Part shown: piece after piece, positions 1 to 8,903 of the stretch
How the letters are laid out: the number at the start of each line of letters is the position of its first letter
Numbering within the stretch: the first letter of the stretch is position 1
NCBI GenBank assembly: GCA_037440825.1
Contig: JBBITJ010000011.1
Coordinates: 3,409 to 13,419 of the forward strand
Source: Candidatus Micrarchaeota archaeon
Lineage (GTDB): Archaea > Micrarchaeota > Micrarchaeia > Anstonellales > Bilamarchaeaceae
Length of the DNA stretch: 10,011 bases
Reading direction: 5' to 3'
Translations under genes and position numbers: made by a program
Notes under the pieces: generated by a model
Databases searched by the model: none
Told to the model about the DNA's origin: nothing
The model's input: only the letters and a program-made list of their open reading frames with translations

Positions 1-846
1 TTCATAGGCATGCAGAACGCGAAGTTCATAGAGATTAACCCCGCGACGTTCGTTTCCATAGGCGACCTCACCAAGCCGCCTGCGCTCATCGCGATCGTGG
101 GGTTCTTCATCACTTCGGCGCTTGTTGCGCGCAAGGTGCAGGGCGGGATGTTCCTCGGCATGCTCATAACGACCCTGTTTGCGATGGGCATAGGATTCAC
201 GCCCCTTCCTGAAGCGATATTCTCTATGCCTCCTGACATATCCAAGGTGGCGTTCAGGATAGATTTCAAGGCCGCTGCGCAGCCCGCGCTCGTGCCCGTG
301 GTGTGGTCACTTTTCATAATAACCTTCCTGGACCTCCTCGGAACGATAACCGCGCTGACAGTGAAGAGCGGCAGGGGAGCAGGATTGGAGAAAGCCATGG
401 GCGTCAACACCATAGGCGGGATGCTTGGCGCGAGCATAGGCACCAGCTCCACGGTCACTTACCTGGAAAGCGCTGCGGGAATAGAAGCAGGAGGGAAGAC
501 CGGGCTCACCGCGGTGTTCATAGCGCTGCTCTTCTTCGCGTCCATATTCTTTTTCCCGCTGATAAAATCCATACCTATCGAGGCGGCTGCGCCCGTCATG
601 ATAATAGTCGGGGAAGTGATGCTGCTCCAGATAAGGTTCGTGAACCTCAACGACTACACGGAATCCATCCCTGCACTCATGACCGTTGCAACGATACCTT
701 TCACCTTCTCCATCTCTAACGGGATAGGGGTGGGCTCCATAGCTTACATATTCCTCAAGATAGTCACCGGAAAGCGCAAGGAAGTGCATCCTGCGATGTA
801 CTTCATCGCCTTCCTCTCAGTCCTCGAGTTCGCGAACGTGTTCTGA
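1..846 (+). CDS. NCS2 family (AzgA/PbuG-like) nucleobase permease, 5'-truncated by the window edge
   Basis: Frame is open from base 1 (FIGMQNA, like the family LFIAFIGLQNAG segment). It has many hydrophobic helices, the signature GTSSTVTYLESAAGIEAGGKTGLTA, and IPFTFSISNGIGVG. Confidence 0.92.
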   Translation, partial: FIGMQNAKFIEINPATFVSIGDLTKPPALIAIVGFFITSALVARKVQGGMFLGMLITTLFAMGIGFTPLPEAIFSMPPDISKVAFRIDFKAAAQPALVPVVWSLFIITFLDLLGTITALTVKSGRGAGLEKAMGVNTIGGMLGASIGTSSTVTYLESAAGIEAGGKTGLTAVFIALLFFASIFFFPLIKSIPIEAAAPVMIIVGEVMLLQIRFVNLNDYTESIPALMTVATIPFTFSISNGIGVGSIAYIFLKIVTGKRKEVHPAMYFIAFLSVLEFANVF

Positions 847-1530
847 ATCCCTTGGCGAATCGTAGAGCCAGTGCTTGTTGAATTCCACGAGCCTGTTGAA
901 CTCCCTTGAAAAATCCTTGTGCGCCAGCTCCATCGCCGAATCGAAGAGATTCCTGAACCTGGCCGCCCCTTTCTTCGACGTGGAGAGGAATTCCATGAAG
1001 AGCTTCTTCGCCTCGTCCAGGAGAAGGTCGAATCTCTGCCTTGGCGCGTTGCCGGTCCTTGCCTTGATATCGCGCGCGGCCTCCCCTATCCTCCTGGGCC
1101 ATTCGGAAGAGTGGAAGAAAGCGTAGACAAGCCCCTTCGCGGCATTTGCCTGCGGTCCCAAGATGAGCTGGAGCTTGATGTATGCGAGCGCATCCGGCCG
1201 TTCCCCCAACCTGGAGCATATGTCTATTGCGGCGAGCTTCTCGAACGGCGACTGCACGTTCAGTGCAGCCCTGAAATCGAAGTCGCAGAGCTCGCGGGCC
1301 CTGGAAGCCGCTGCGCGCACCGCTTCCCTGTAAGGGAAGCACTCGTCATGCTCGTATTCGCTGGCTATCGCAGAGATCGTTTCCTTCAGCGACTTGCCGT
1401 TCCACGGCCTGAGCCGCATTATCTCCTCTTCCGGCTTGGTGCGGAAAGAGTGCCAGTCCAGACCTCTCCTCTTCGGGATGCCGCATCCTTTGAACAGGTC
1501 CCCTTGCCTGCCCTTGAGATTGTTATTCAT
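817..1530 (-). CDS. Hypothetical protein (237 aa, soluble, probably helical)
   Basis: ATG-started ORF filling the gap between the permease and the AT-rich intergenic region. Its composition is more protein-like than the competing frames. No family recognised. It overlaps the permease 3' end by 30 nt (convergent). Confidence 0.65.
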   Translation of the reverse strand: MNNNLKGRQGDLFKGCGIPKRRGLDWHSFRTKPEEEIMRLRPWNGKSLKETISAIASEYEHDECFPYREAVRAAASRARELCDFDFRAALNVQSPFEKLAAIDICSRLGERPDALAYIKLQLILGPQANAAKGLVYAFFHSSEWPRRIGEAARDIKARTGNAPRQRFDLLLDEAKKLFMEFLSTSKKGAARFRNLFDSAMELAHKDFSREFNRLVEFNKHWLYDSPRDSEHVRELED

Positions 1531-1679
1531 GATGAGCGCCTAGGAAACGCAGGATTTCGTATGCCTTCCTGCCCTCTTCCATCTAATTATTATCACAAAA
1601 TAGTATGTATAAAGAAGTTTTTAAATATATAATTTGGTGTTGCTGGAATTCGCTCATTGCCGAACTCGTCCTAGTTATG

Positions 1680-1687
1680 TTTATAAA
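1680..1687 (+). promoter_or_regulatory. Archaeal TATA box for the DsrE-thiolase-DUF35-ferredoxin operon
   Basis: TTTATAAA at 1680-1687, followed by SD AGGTGA at 1719-1724 and ATGs at 1726 and 1729. Confidence 0.65.
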
Positions 1688-1728
1688 TGGCTGGAAGGAT
1701 AAGAGTTTGCCAAACCTCAGGTGAAATG

Positions 1729-2040
1729 ATGAAACTGGGCATAGTTATAAGCTCGAACGAGCCGGAAAACGCGTGGAACGCATTCAGGCTCGCCAACCTC
1801 GCACTGGACAAGAAGGACGACGTCAAGGTGTTCCTTCTCAACAGTGGGGTGGAGTGCCTTGAGGACAAGGGAAAATACAACGTCAAGACGCTTTCGCAGC
1901 AGTTCGAGGGCAAGGGAGGCAAGCTGCTCGCCTGCGGCACGTGCATAAGAAGCAGGAAGATGGGGGACGTATGCGAAATATCCAACATGGAAACCCTTTA
2001 TAATGTGATAAAGGAGTGCGAGAGGACGGTATTCCTGTGA
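1729..2040 (+). CDS. DsrE/DsrF-like family protein (sulfur-relay/peroxiredoxin-like)
   Basis: [22 protein letters not shown]...[11 protein letters not shown]...[11 protein letters not shown] matches the DsrE pattern with a CxxC. Start placed after SD AGGTGA (1726 is an alternative). Confidence 0.85.
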   Translation: MKLGIVISSNEPENAWNAFRLANLALDKKDDVKVFLLNSGVECLEDKGKYNVKTLSQQFEGKGGKLLACGTCIRSRKMGDVCEISNMETLYNVIKECERTVFL

Positions 2041-2045
2041 TGTTT

Positions 2046-3206
2046 ATGAGAAAAGTTGCGATAATCGGAGTCGGAATGACGAAGTTCGGGGAGCACTGGG
2101 AGCGCGGCTACCGCGACCTCGTGATAGAGGCAGGGGTGAAAGCCATAGAGGACGCAGGCCTGCAGGGCAACGAGATTTCCGCGGGCTACGTGGGAAGCAT
2201 GGCGTCCGGAAGCCTTATCGGCCAGGAGCACGTCGGCGCCCTGATAGCGGACCAGATGGGGCTAAATCCCATACCAGTCACGAGATTGGAGGCTGCGTGC
2301 GCATCCGGAGGAGTTGCGCTCCGGCAGGGCTACCTTGCAGTGGCGAGCGGCGCGCACGACTTCGTAGTAGTAGGCGGAGTGGAGAAGATGAACGACCTGG
2401 ACACCAACGCTGTTTCCGAAATCCTCGGAGGCGCGGGAGACCAGGAATGGGAACTTTTCCTCGGCGCGACCTTCCCTGGGCTGTACGCGCTCATGGCCAA
2501 GAGGCACATGCACGAATACGGAACTACGGAGGAGATGATGGCGGCTGTCGCGGTCAAGAACCACGAGCACGGCTCCAGGAACCCGTACGCGCAGTTCCAG
2601 AACAAGATTTCCATAGAAACAGTGATGAAATCCAAGATGGTCGCTGACCCGCTCAAGGTCTTCGACTGCTCGCCGATAACTGACGGCGCTGCCGCGGTTG
2701 TATTGGCGCCGCTGGACGTGGCGAAGAAATACAACCAGCAGCCCATAGAGATATTGGCGAGTGCGCAGGCATCGGACACCATAGCGCTCCATTCGCGCGA
2801 GAAGCTCACAGAAATGAAGGCGACCAAAATCGCGGCGCAGAAGGCGTACGAGCAGGCGAAGCTTACTCCCAAGGATATAGATGTTGCGGAAGTGCACGAC
2901 TGCTTCACAATCGCCGAAATCCTGGCGACCGAGGACTTGGGATTCTTCAAGAAAGGGGAAGGGGGAAAGGCCGCGCTGGACGGAAAGACATACTTGAACG
3001 GAGAGATTCCCATAAACACTTCAGGAGGGCTCAAGGCTGCAGGCCACCCTGTCGGCGCTACAGGCATAAAGCAGGCTGTGGAGCTCGCGTGGCAATTGCG
3101 CGGAAAGGCGGAAGGAAGGCAGGTTGCAGACGCTGAGATCGGATTGGCGCACAACGTCGGAGGAAGCGGCGCGACCGCAGTGGTGCACATTTTCAAAAAG
3201 GTGTAA
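2046..3206 (+). CDS. Archaeal acetoacetyl-CoA thiolase (acetyl-CoA C-acetyltransferase)
   Basis: [15 protein letters not shown] start, EAACASGG with the catalytic Cys, [14 protein letters not shown] and HNVGG. Directly followed by a DUF35 gene. ATG at 2040 (TGATG overlap) is an alternative start. Confidence 0.95.
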   Translation: MRKVAIIGVGMTKFGEHWERGYRDLVIEAGVKAIEDAGLQGNEISAGYVGSMASGSLIGQEHVGALIADQMGLNPIPVTRLEAACASGGVALRQGYLAVASGAHDFVVVGGVEKMNDLDTNAVSEILGGAGDQEWELFLGATFPGLYALMAKRHMHEYGTTEEMMAAVAVKNHEHGSRNPYAQFQNKISIETVMKSKMVADPLKVFDCSPITDGAAAVVLAPLDVAKKYNQQPIEILASAQASDTIALHSREKLTEMKATKIAAQKAYEQAKLTPKDIDVAEVHDCFTIAEILATEDLGFFKKGEGGKAALDGKTYLNGEIPINTSGGLKAAGHPVGATGIKQAVELAWQLRGKAEGRQVADAEIGLAHNVGGSGATAVVHIFKKV

Positions 3207-3208
3207 TT

Positions 3209-3610
3209 ATGAAAGAGAGCATACCGCTTACTTGGAGAAGGATCCCTGAAAGGTACAGGCTGAGAGGCAACAAATGCGTTGCCTGCTCGACCACATACTT
3301 CCCGCCTAGGATAGTGTGCCCCAAGTGCAGGAGGAAAGGCAAGCTCGAGCCCATGAACTTCAAGGGCAACGGAAAAGTTTATTCGTTTACCGAGATAAGC
3401 AGCCCTGCGAGCGGATTCGAGGAGCAGGTGCCTTACGTTTTCGCCATAATCGAATTGGACGAGGGCCCGCGTGTGACCGGGCAGATCGTAGATGCACGCA
3501 ACCACGATGTCAATATAGGGGACAAGGTCGAGGCGGTGTTCAGGAAGATACAGAGCGACGACCCGGAAGGATTAATACACTACGGATTCAAGTTCAGGCT
3601 CGTGAAGTGA
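3209..3610 (+). CDS. DUF35 Zn-ribbon/OB-fold protein (thiolase/HMG-CoA synthase scaffold)
   Basis: CVAC...YFPPRIVCPKC zinc ribbon, then GKVYSFT...PYVFAIIELDEG...IGDKVEAVFRK...YGFKF OB fold. Starts 2 nt after the thiolase stop. Confidence 0.93.
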   Translation: MKESIPLTWRRIPERYRLRGNKCVACSTTYFPPRIVCPKCRRKGKLEPMNFKGNGKVYSFTEISSPASGFEEQVPYVFAIIELDEGPRVTGQIVDARNHDVNIGDKVEAVFRKIQSDDPEGLIHYGFKFRLVK

Positions 3611-3621
3611 AGGTGATTGAA

Positions 3622-3891
3622 ATGGCCAAGGTGCACATTAAAAACGAGAACAAGACCGTGGAGCTTCCGGACGGGAGCAACCTCGTTGATTTGGAAGGCA
3701 AGACAGGAGCGATATTCGCTTGCAAAGTAGGCACGTGCGGCGCGTGCATCGCAACAATAGTGGACGGCGCAGAGAACCTCGAGCCGCCCACTGAGACGGA
3801 GAAGATGTACCTCGACGCTTTCGGCGGCGCAGGAAAAAGGCTGCTCTGCCAGACAGTGATCAAGAAGGGAGAGGTCACTATAGAATACTAG
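3622..3891 (+). CDS. [2Fe-2S] ferredoxin (89 aa)
   Basis: C-x4-C-x2-C motif (FACKVGTCGAC) plus distal RLLCQ. SD AGGTGA at 3611-3616 precedes ATG 3622. Confidence 0.92.
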   Translation: MAKVHIKNENKTVELPDGSNLVDLEGKTGAIFACKVGTCGACIATIVDGAENLEPPTETEKMYLDAFGGAGKRLLCQTVIKKGEVTIEY

Positions 3892-3916
3892 CTTTCTTTT
3901 TTCCAGCTCTTTTTAT
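3892..3916 (+). terminator. Oligo-T archaeal-type terminator between converging units
   Basis: CTTTCTTTTTTCCAGCTCTTTTTAT directly after the ferredoxin stop codon. Confidence 0.5.
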
Positions 3917-4834
3917 TCAGAACTCCTTCGCCTTCCCGACAGCTTCGTGGAGCGAAGAGAAATTGTGCTTCTTCAGCATCTCCTCCAATTCCATTTCCAT
4001 TCTCGCAAAGGACTGCACCCCTTCCTTATACAAGATGGAAGCCGCAGCGAATGCGTCCGCTCCTGCGAGCGCGTACGCGAACGCGTCCTTTCCTGTCAGT
4101 ATGCCGCCGCACCCGACTATTGGAATGGAGCCCTTGAAGAATTCATAATAGCGCCTCACGTTGCCCCAGCCGAGCATCTTCAGCGCTTCTCCCCCGAGCC
4201 CGCCCCACTTGGGCTTGAGCATTATCTGCGCCCTGTCCGCGTCTATGTACATCGCGTTGCCTATCGTGTTGATGGCGACTATGATGTCCACGCCTGCCTT
4301 CTTGGCGATCTCGCAGAACTCCATCTGCGCAGCCACGTCCATGAACGGCGCGACCTTCACCGCGATCTTCTTTTTGGTGTTCTTCTTCACCGCGCGTATC
4401 ACCTGCTCCGTGGCTTCTGGATCGTAGATTATCTGCGATTTGCCGTGCAGGTTCGGGCAGGAAAGGTTCAATTCGAGCACGTCCGCAACCTGGGAGAGGG
4501 TGCGCGCCATCTCCTCCGCCTCGTTCGTGTCGAATCCGCTCATGCTCGCGAACACGGGCTTCCGGGTCTGCTTCTTCACTTCTGATATTATGCTGGCCAT
4601 CTCCTTGTAGCCAGGATTGGGCAGCCCCATGGCGTTTATCGTCGTTCCTCCGAGTATGTAGAACCTCGGGCCGGGGTTCCCGACCCTTGGCTGGAACGTA
4701 GCGGTCTTGGTGGTTATGAAGCCTGCGCGCGAATTCGCGATCTGCATGAGCTTCTGGAGCGAATCGTCGTTCGCGCCTGAGCCATTCGTGAACACTCCGT
4801 CAAGCTGGAGGTCTCCTAATTTGGTTTTGAGCAT
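3917..4834 (-). CDS. pyrD: Dihydroorotate dehydrogenase, family 1 (class 1A-like)
   Basis: TTKTAT..PRVGNPGPRF, INAMGLPNPG, ELNLSCPN (catalytic Cys), INTIGN, KPKWGGLGG and IVGCGGI. ATG 4834 chosen; TTG 4846 is an alternative. Confidence 0.92.
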   Translation of the reverse strand: MLKTKLGDLQLDGVFTNGSGANDDSLQKLMQIANSRAGFITTKTATFQPRVGNPGPRFYILGGTTINAMGLPNPGYKEMASIISEVKKQTRKPVFASMSGFDTNEAEEMARTLSQVADVLELNLSCPNLHGKSQIIYDPEATEQVIRAVKKNTKKKIAVKVAPFMDVAAQMEFCEIAKKAGVDIIVAINTIGNAMYIDADRAQIMLKPKWGGLGGEALKMLGWGNVRRYYEFFKGSIPIVGCGGILTGKDAFAYALAGADAFAAASILYKEGVQSFARMEMELEEMLKKHNFSSLHEAVGKAKEF

Positions 4835-4866
4835 AGAATCATCCAAAGAAGGATATGCTGGATGGG

Positions 4867-4874
4867 TTTTATAA
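4867..4874 (-). promoter_or_regulatory. TATA box upstream of pyrD
   Basis: TTATAAAA on the minus strand about 33-40 nt upstream of ATG 4834. Confidence 0.5.
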
Positions 4875-4877
4875 GAA

Positions 4878-5336
4878 TTACAGACCTGAGACGAAGACTT
4901 CCCTCTCCGCGTTTATGTCCAGCGCGAAAGGCACGTCGAGCTTCACGCGCAGCGTCCATATGTGGATTTTGCTGTCGTGCCCGAACTCGCGGCTCGTGGG
5001 CTGCGCGTTCTGCGGGAGCGCGAATTTAACCGAGAACTCCTTTTGCTGGTAGCCTCCTTCTTCCCCAAGCCTCTTCACTTCCCTGTGTATCACGTGCTCC
5101 TCCACCCTCTCCTCCTTCGTGAAGGGCACTTCGGTGTAAAGCCCCAACTTCTTCCGCTCCTCTATCTCTGATTGGGGAATGTGCCTCGTGATGTTCACCT
5201 TCCTCTTTTCCGTGCACACGAGCTCGGCGAACACACCCCTTGTTTTGACTGCTTTGCCCAAGGAGAGCAAAACAGTTGCCGTGATGGTGTCGCCAGCGGC
5301 GTATTCGTCCTTGTCCAACATTATTTCTATCCCCAT
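4878..5336 (-). CDS. Arrestin-N/Spo0M-like beta-sandwich protein
   Basis: IEIMLDKDEYAAGDTITATVLL start, FSVKFALPQNAQPT, and WTLRVKLDVPFALD fit the arrestin/Spo0M pattern. ATG 5342 is an alternative start. Confidence 0.65.
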   Translation of the reverse strand: MGIEIMLDKDEYAAGDTITATVLLSLGKAVKTRGVFAELVCTEKRKVNITRHIPQSEIEERKKLGLYTEVPFTKEERVEEHVIHREVKRLGEEGGYQQKEFSVKFALPQNAQPTSREFGHDSKIHIWTLRVKLDVPFALDINAEREVFVSGL

Positions 5337-5345
5337 TGGCATTAC

Positions 5346-5804
5346 CTATATGATTTTCATCTCCCAGTCGGCGAGAAGGTGCGACAGATAGCCTATTCCG
5401 CCTGCTAGCGCGAACTTGAACCCCAGCAGGAGGTAGATGAGCACCGTGAAGACGGCTGTGAAGAAGAACGAATGGGTGATTCCCCTGTGCTCTGGCTTGA
5501 AATATGTGAAGACCGTGAAATACACCCCGACCAAAGCGAACGTGCGGAGCGCGAAGCTCTCCGTAAGGGCGCAGGAGAAGCCGGTGCAGTAAGACATGTA
5601 CGTTGCTATCGCGGCTATGAGCGGAACCGTCTTGTCCAGCAGCCCGCGCGCCTTGGAGCCCACGTGGTCCAGATCCGGAAGGAGCGCGCTCCCTGCCGCG
5701 AAAAGCCCGAAAATGGCGAGTTGGACGAAGTCCTTGGTTATGAATATGTAGAATGCAGCGAGCGCGAGGAGCACGCCGATCACGATGTGTTTGAGCCAAT
5801 TCAC
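5346..5804 (-). CDS. Membrane-bound metal-dependent hydrolase (YdjM/DUF457-like)
   Basis: N-terminal His, ALLPDLDH, HRGITHS and YLSHLLAD motifs between transmembrane segments. GTG start. Confidence 0.88.
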   Translation of the reverse strand: MNWLKHIVIGVLLALAAFYIFITKDFVQLAIFGLFAAGSALLPDLDHVGSKARGLLDKTVPLIAAIATYMSYCTGFSCALTESFALRTFALVGVYFTVFTYFKPEHRGITHSFFFTAVFTVLIYLLLGFKFALAGGIGYLSHLLADWEMKII

Positions 5805-5808
5805 GGAA

Positions 5809-6516
5809 TCACTTGAGTGTGAAGTATATGCGCCTGTTCGCAGCGCCCTTGTTCTCCAGTTTCAGGATTTCTATTCTTCCTATTTCAGAAGTGTTCTTCA
5901 CATGCGTGCCCCCATCAGCCTGTATGTCCACGCCCGGAATCTCGACTATGCGCAGCACCGGAATGGAAGGCGGCAGGGCTGCTGCGAGCTTCACTATTCC
6001 GGGAATCTTCATCGCGTCCTCGCGCGGAAGGGAATAGATTTTCAGCTCGATACCCTGCGCTATCTTTTCGTTCGCCTTCCTCACTACCTCGTCGAATTTC
6101 GCCCTGTCGAAGTTCTCGAGCGAGAAATCGAACCTGCTCTTGTCAGCATCGAGCTGGTTTCCGGTTATTAGCGCGCCAGTTTCGGATGCGAACATGCCTG
6201 CCAGGATGTGCGCTGCTGTGTGCATGCGCATCAGGGCATGGCGGCGGTTCCAGTCTATTGTGCAGTGCACTGCATCCCCGGCTTTGAGCCCCTCCCTATC
6301 CAGCTCGTGGATTATCTTCCCGTCCTTTTTTTCGACGTTCAAAACCCTGAACTCGGAACCGTTCGAAACCAGCTTGCCTGTGTCGCTGGGCTGGCCTCCG
6401 CCGCGAGGGTAGAAGAGGTTGCTGTCAAGGACGACTTTCTTGGGCTCTATAACTTCCAAGACCTGCGCCTCGCACTCTTTCGCATACGAATCATGAAGGT
6501 AGATCGGATCGCCCAT
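5809..6516 (-). CDS. alaXM: Free-standing alanyl-tRNA editing protein AlaX-M
   Basis: YLHDSY, FYPRGGGQPSDTG, RMHTAAH (HxxxH), DGGTHVKNTSEIG and C-terminal NKGAANRRIYF. 235 aa fits the M class. Confidence 0.93.
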   Translation of the reverse strand: MGDPIYLHDSYAKECEAQVLEVIEPKKVVLDSNLFYPRGGGQPSDTGKLVSNGSEFRVLNVEKKDGKIIHELDREGLKAGDAVHCTIDWNRRHALMRMHTAAHILAGMFASETGALITGNQLDADKSRFDFSLENFDRAKFDEVVRKANEKIAQGIELKIYSLPREDAMKIPGIVKLAAALPPSIPVLRIVEIPGVDIQADGGTHVKNTSEIGRIEILKLENKGAANRRIYFTLK

Positions 6517-6538
6517 GGAAGAGAATTGCGGGATAGGG

Positions 6539-6546
6539 TTTTAAAA
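6539..6546. promoter_or_regulatory. Palindromic TATA box, candidate bidirectional promoter (alaX leftward, RNA/tRNA rightward)
   Basis: TTTTAAAA lies 23 nt from the alaX ATG (6516) on one side and 23 nt from G6569, the start of the structured element, on the other. Confidence 0.5.
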
Positions 6547-6568
6547 AACAATTCGAAGAATAATGTAT

Positions 6569-6629
6569 GCTAATTCCGCTGTTCCAAATCCCACAAGGAT
6601 TCTGGCTGCAAAGCTGGCTGCGGAATTGC
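6569..6629 (+). ncRNA. Candidate three-way-junction RNA (structured pre-tRNA leader or small ncRNA)
   Basis: Closing stem AATTCCGC(6572-6579)/GCGGAATT(6620-6627) encloses hairpins AATCC-CACAA-GGATT and CTGGCT-GCAA-AGCTGG (GNRA tetraloop). Confidence 0.4.
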
Positions 6630-6669
6630 TTTAAGATAGCGGGATAGGGTAGCTTGGAGTGCCCGCCGG

Positions 6670-6701
6670 ATCCCCATCGTGTAATGCGCTGGGGAGGCGA
6701 A
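6670..6701 (+). other. tRNA intron 1 (32 nt, position 30/31)
   Basis: Central helix CGCC/GGCG, bulges GG^A and AA^G, intron helix TCCCCA/TGGGGA. Cutting after the second bulge nucleotide restores the anticodon stem exactly. Confidence 0.9.
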
Positions 6702-6730
6702 GCTCATAACCCGGAGATCGTTGGTTCAAA

Positions 6731-6764
6731 TATTCGAACCAGAAATTCTGGTTTGGGTTGGCAA
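6731..6764 (+). other. tRNA intron 2 (34 nt, position 59/60 in the T-loop)
   Basis: Bulges AA^T on both sides, central helix TTCA/TGGC with one U-C mismatch, long intron hairpin 6732-6758, and the T-stem as outer helix. The repeated AAT makes the boundary ambiguous by up to 3 nt; BHB geometry favours 59/60. Confidence 0.82.
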
Positions 6765-6775
6765 TCCATCTCCCG

Positions 6776-6921
6776 CTATCTTTCTTTTAAAAGGAAGCTT
6801 TCTGCGCGCCTGGAGTTCTTGTCGTTCGAGAAGCCGATTTTCCTATTCCACATTGCCAGGTTTTTTATCTCTTCCAAGACAACCGCACTTTGCCCCCTCA
6901 GATTTGGTATATGCCGGGCTC
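6776..6921 (-). pseudogene. C-terminal fragment of a LAGLIDADG-like endonuclease gene
   Basis: Minus frame reads ARHIPNLRGQSAVVLEEIKNLAMWNRKIGFSNDKNSRRAESFLLKER*. It resembles the NLxxW/FxxxIGFSxxK end of LAGLIDADG domains. The TAG stop overlaps the tRNA 3' end. Confidence 0.55.
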
Positions 6922-6974
6922 GAAACCAAAATTTGGTGATTAGTTTGTTTTCGACCCAAATTTCGAGTTTTGGT

Positions 6975-6999
6975 AAAATAATAAAAACAAAAATAAAAA
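6975..6999 (-). terminator. U-rich terminator after groEL
   Basis: Minus strand has several T4-T5 runs directly after the groEL TGA. Confidence 0.55.
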
Positions 7000-8894
<1,895 letters not shown>

Positions 8895-8903
8895 GCCAAC
8901 ACC

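Larger units (their letters stand above)
6638..6778 (+). tRNA. Initiator tRNA-Met(CAT) with two introns (6670-6701 and about 6731-6764)
   Basis: Spliced 75-nt sequence AGCGGGA TA GGGT AGCTTGGAGT GCCC G CCGGG CTCATAA CCCGG AGATC GTTGG TTCAAAT CCATC TCCCGCT A folds as a cloverleaf. It has A1-U72 and three G-C pairs at 29-31/39-41, the archaeal initiator hallmarks. CCA is not encoded. Confidence 0.95.

Noticed and set aside
3316..3621. Long N-terminal extension of the ferredoxin ORF
   Set aside because: It overlaps the DUF35 gene, and a clear SD precedes ATG 3622.
303..6573. Many alternative-frame and antisense ORFs (e.g. 919-1632, 2330-3505, 3947-4585, 5026-5799)
   Set aside because: They are shadows of well-supported genes in GC-rich DNA.
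6569..6629. Hammerhead ribozyme, purine riboswitch or split-tRNA half
   Set aside because: No CUGANGA/GAAA core or riboswitch junction consensus. GTTCCAAATCCC resembles a T-loop but has no pairing T-stem.
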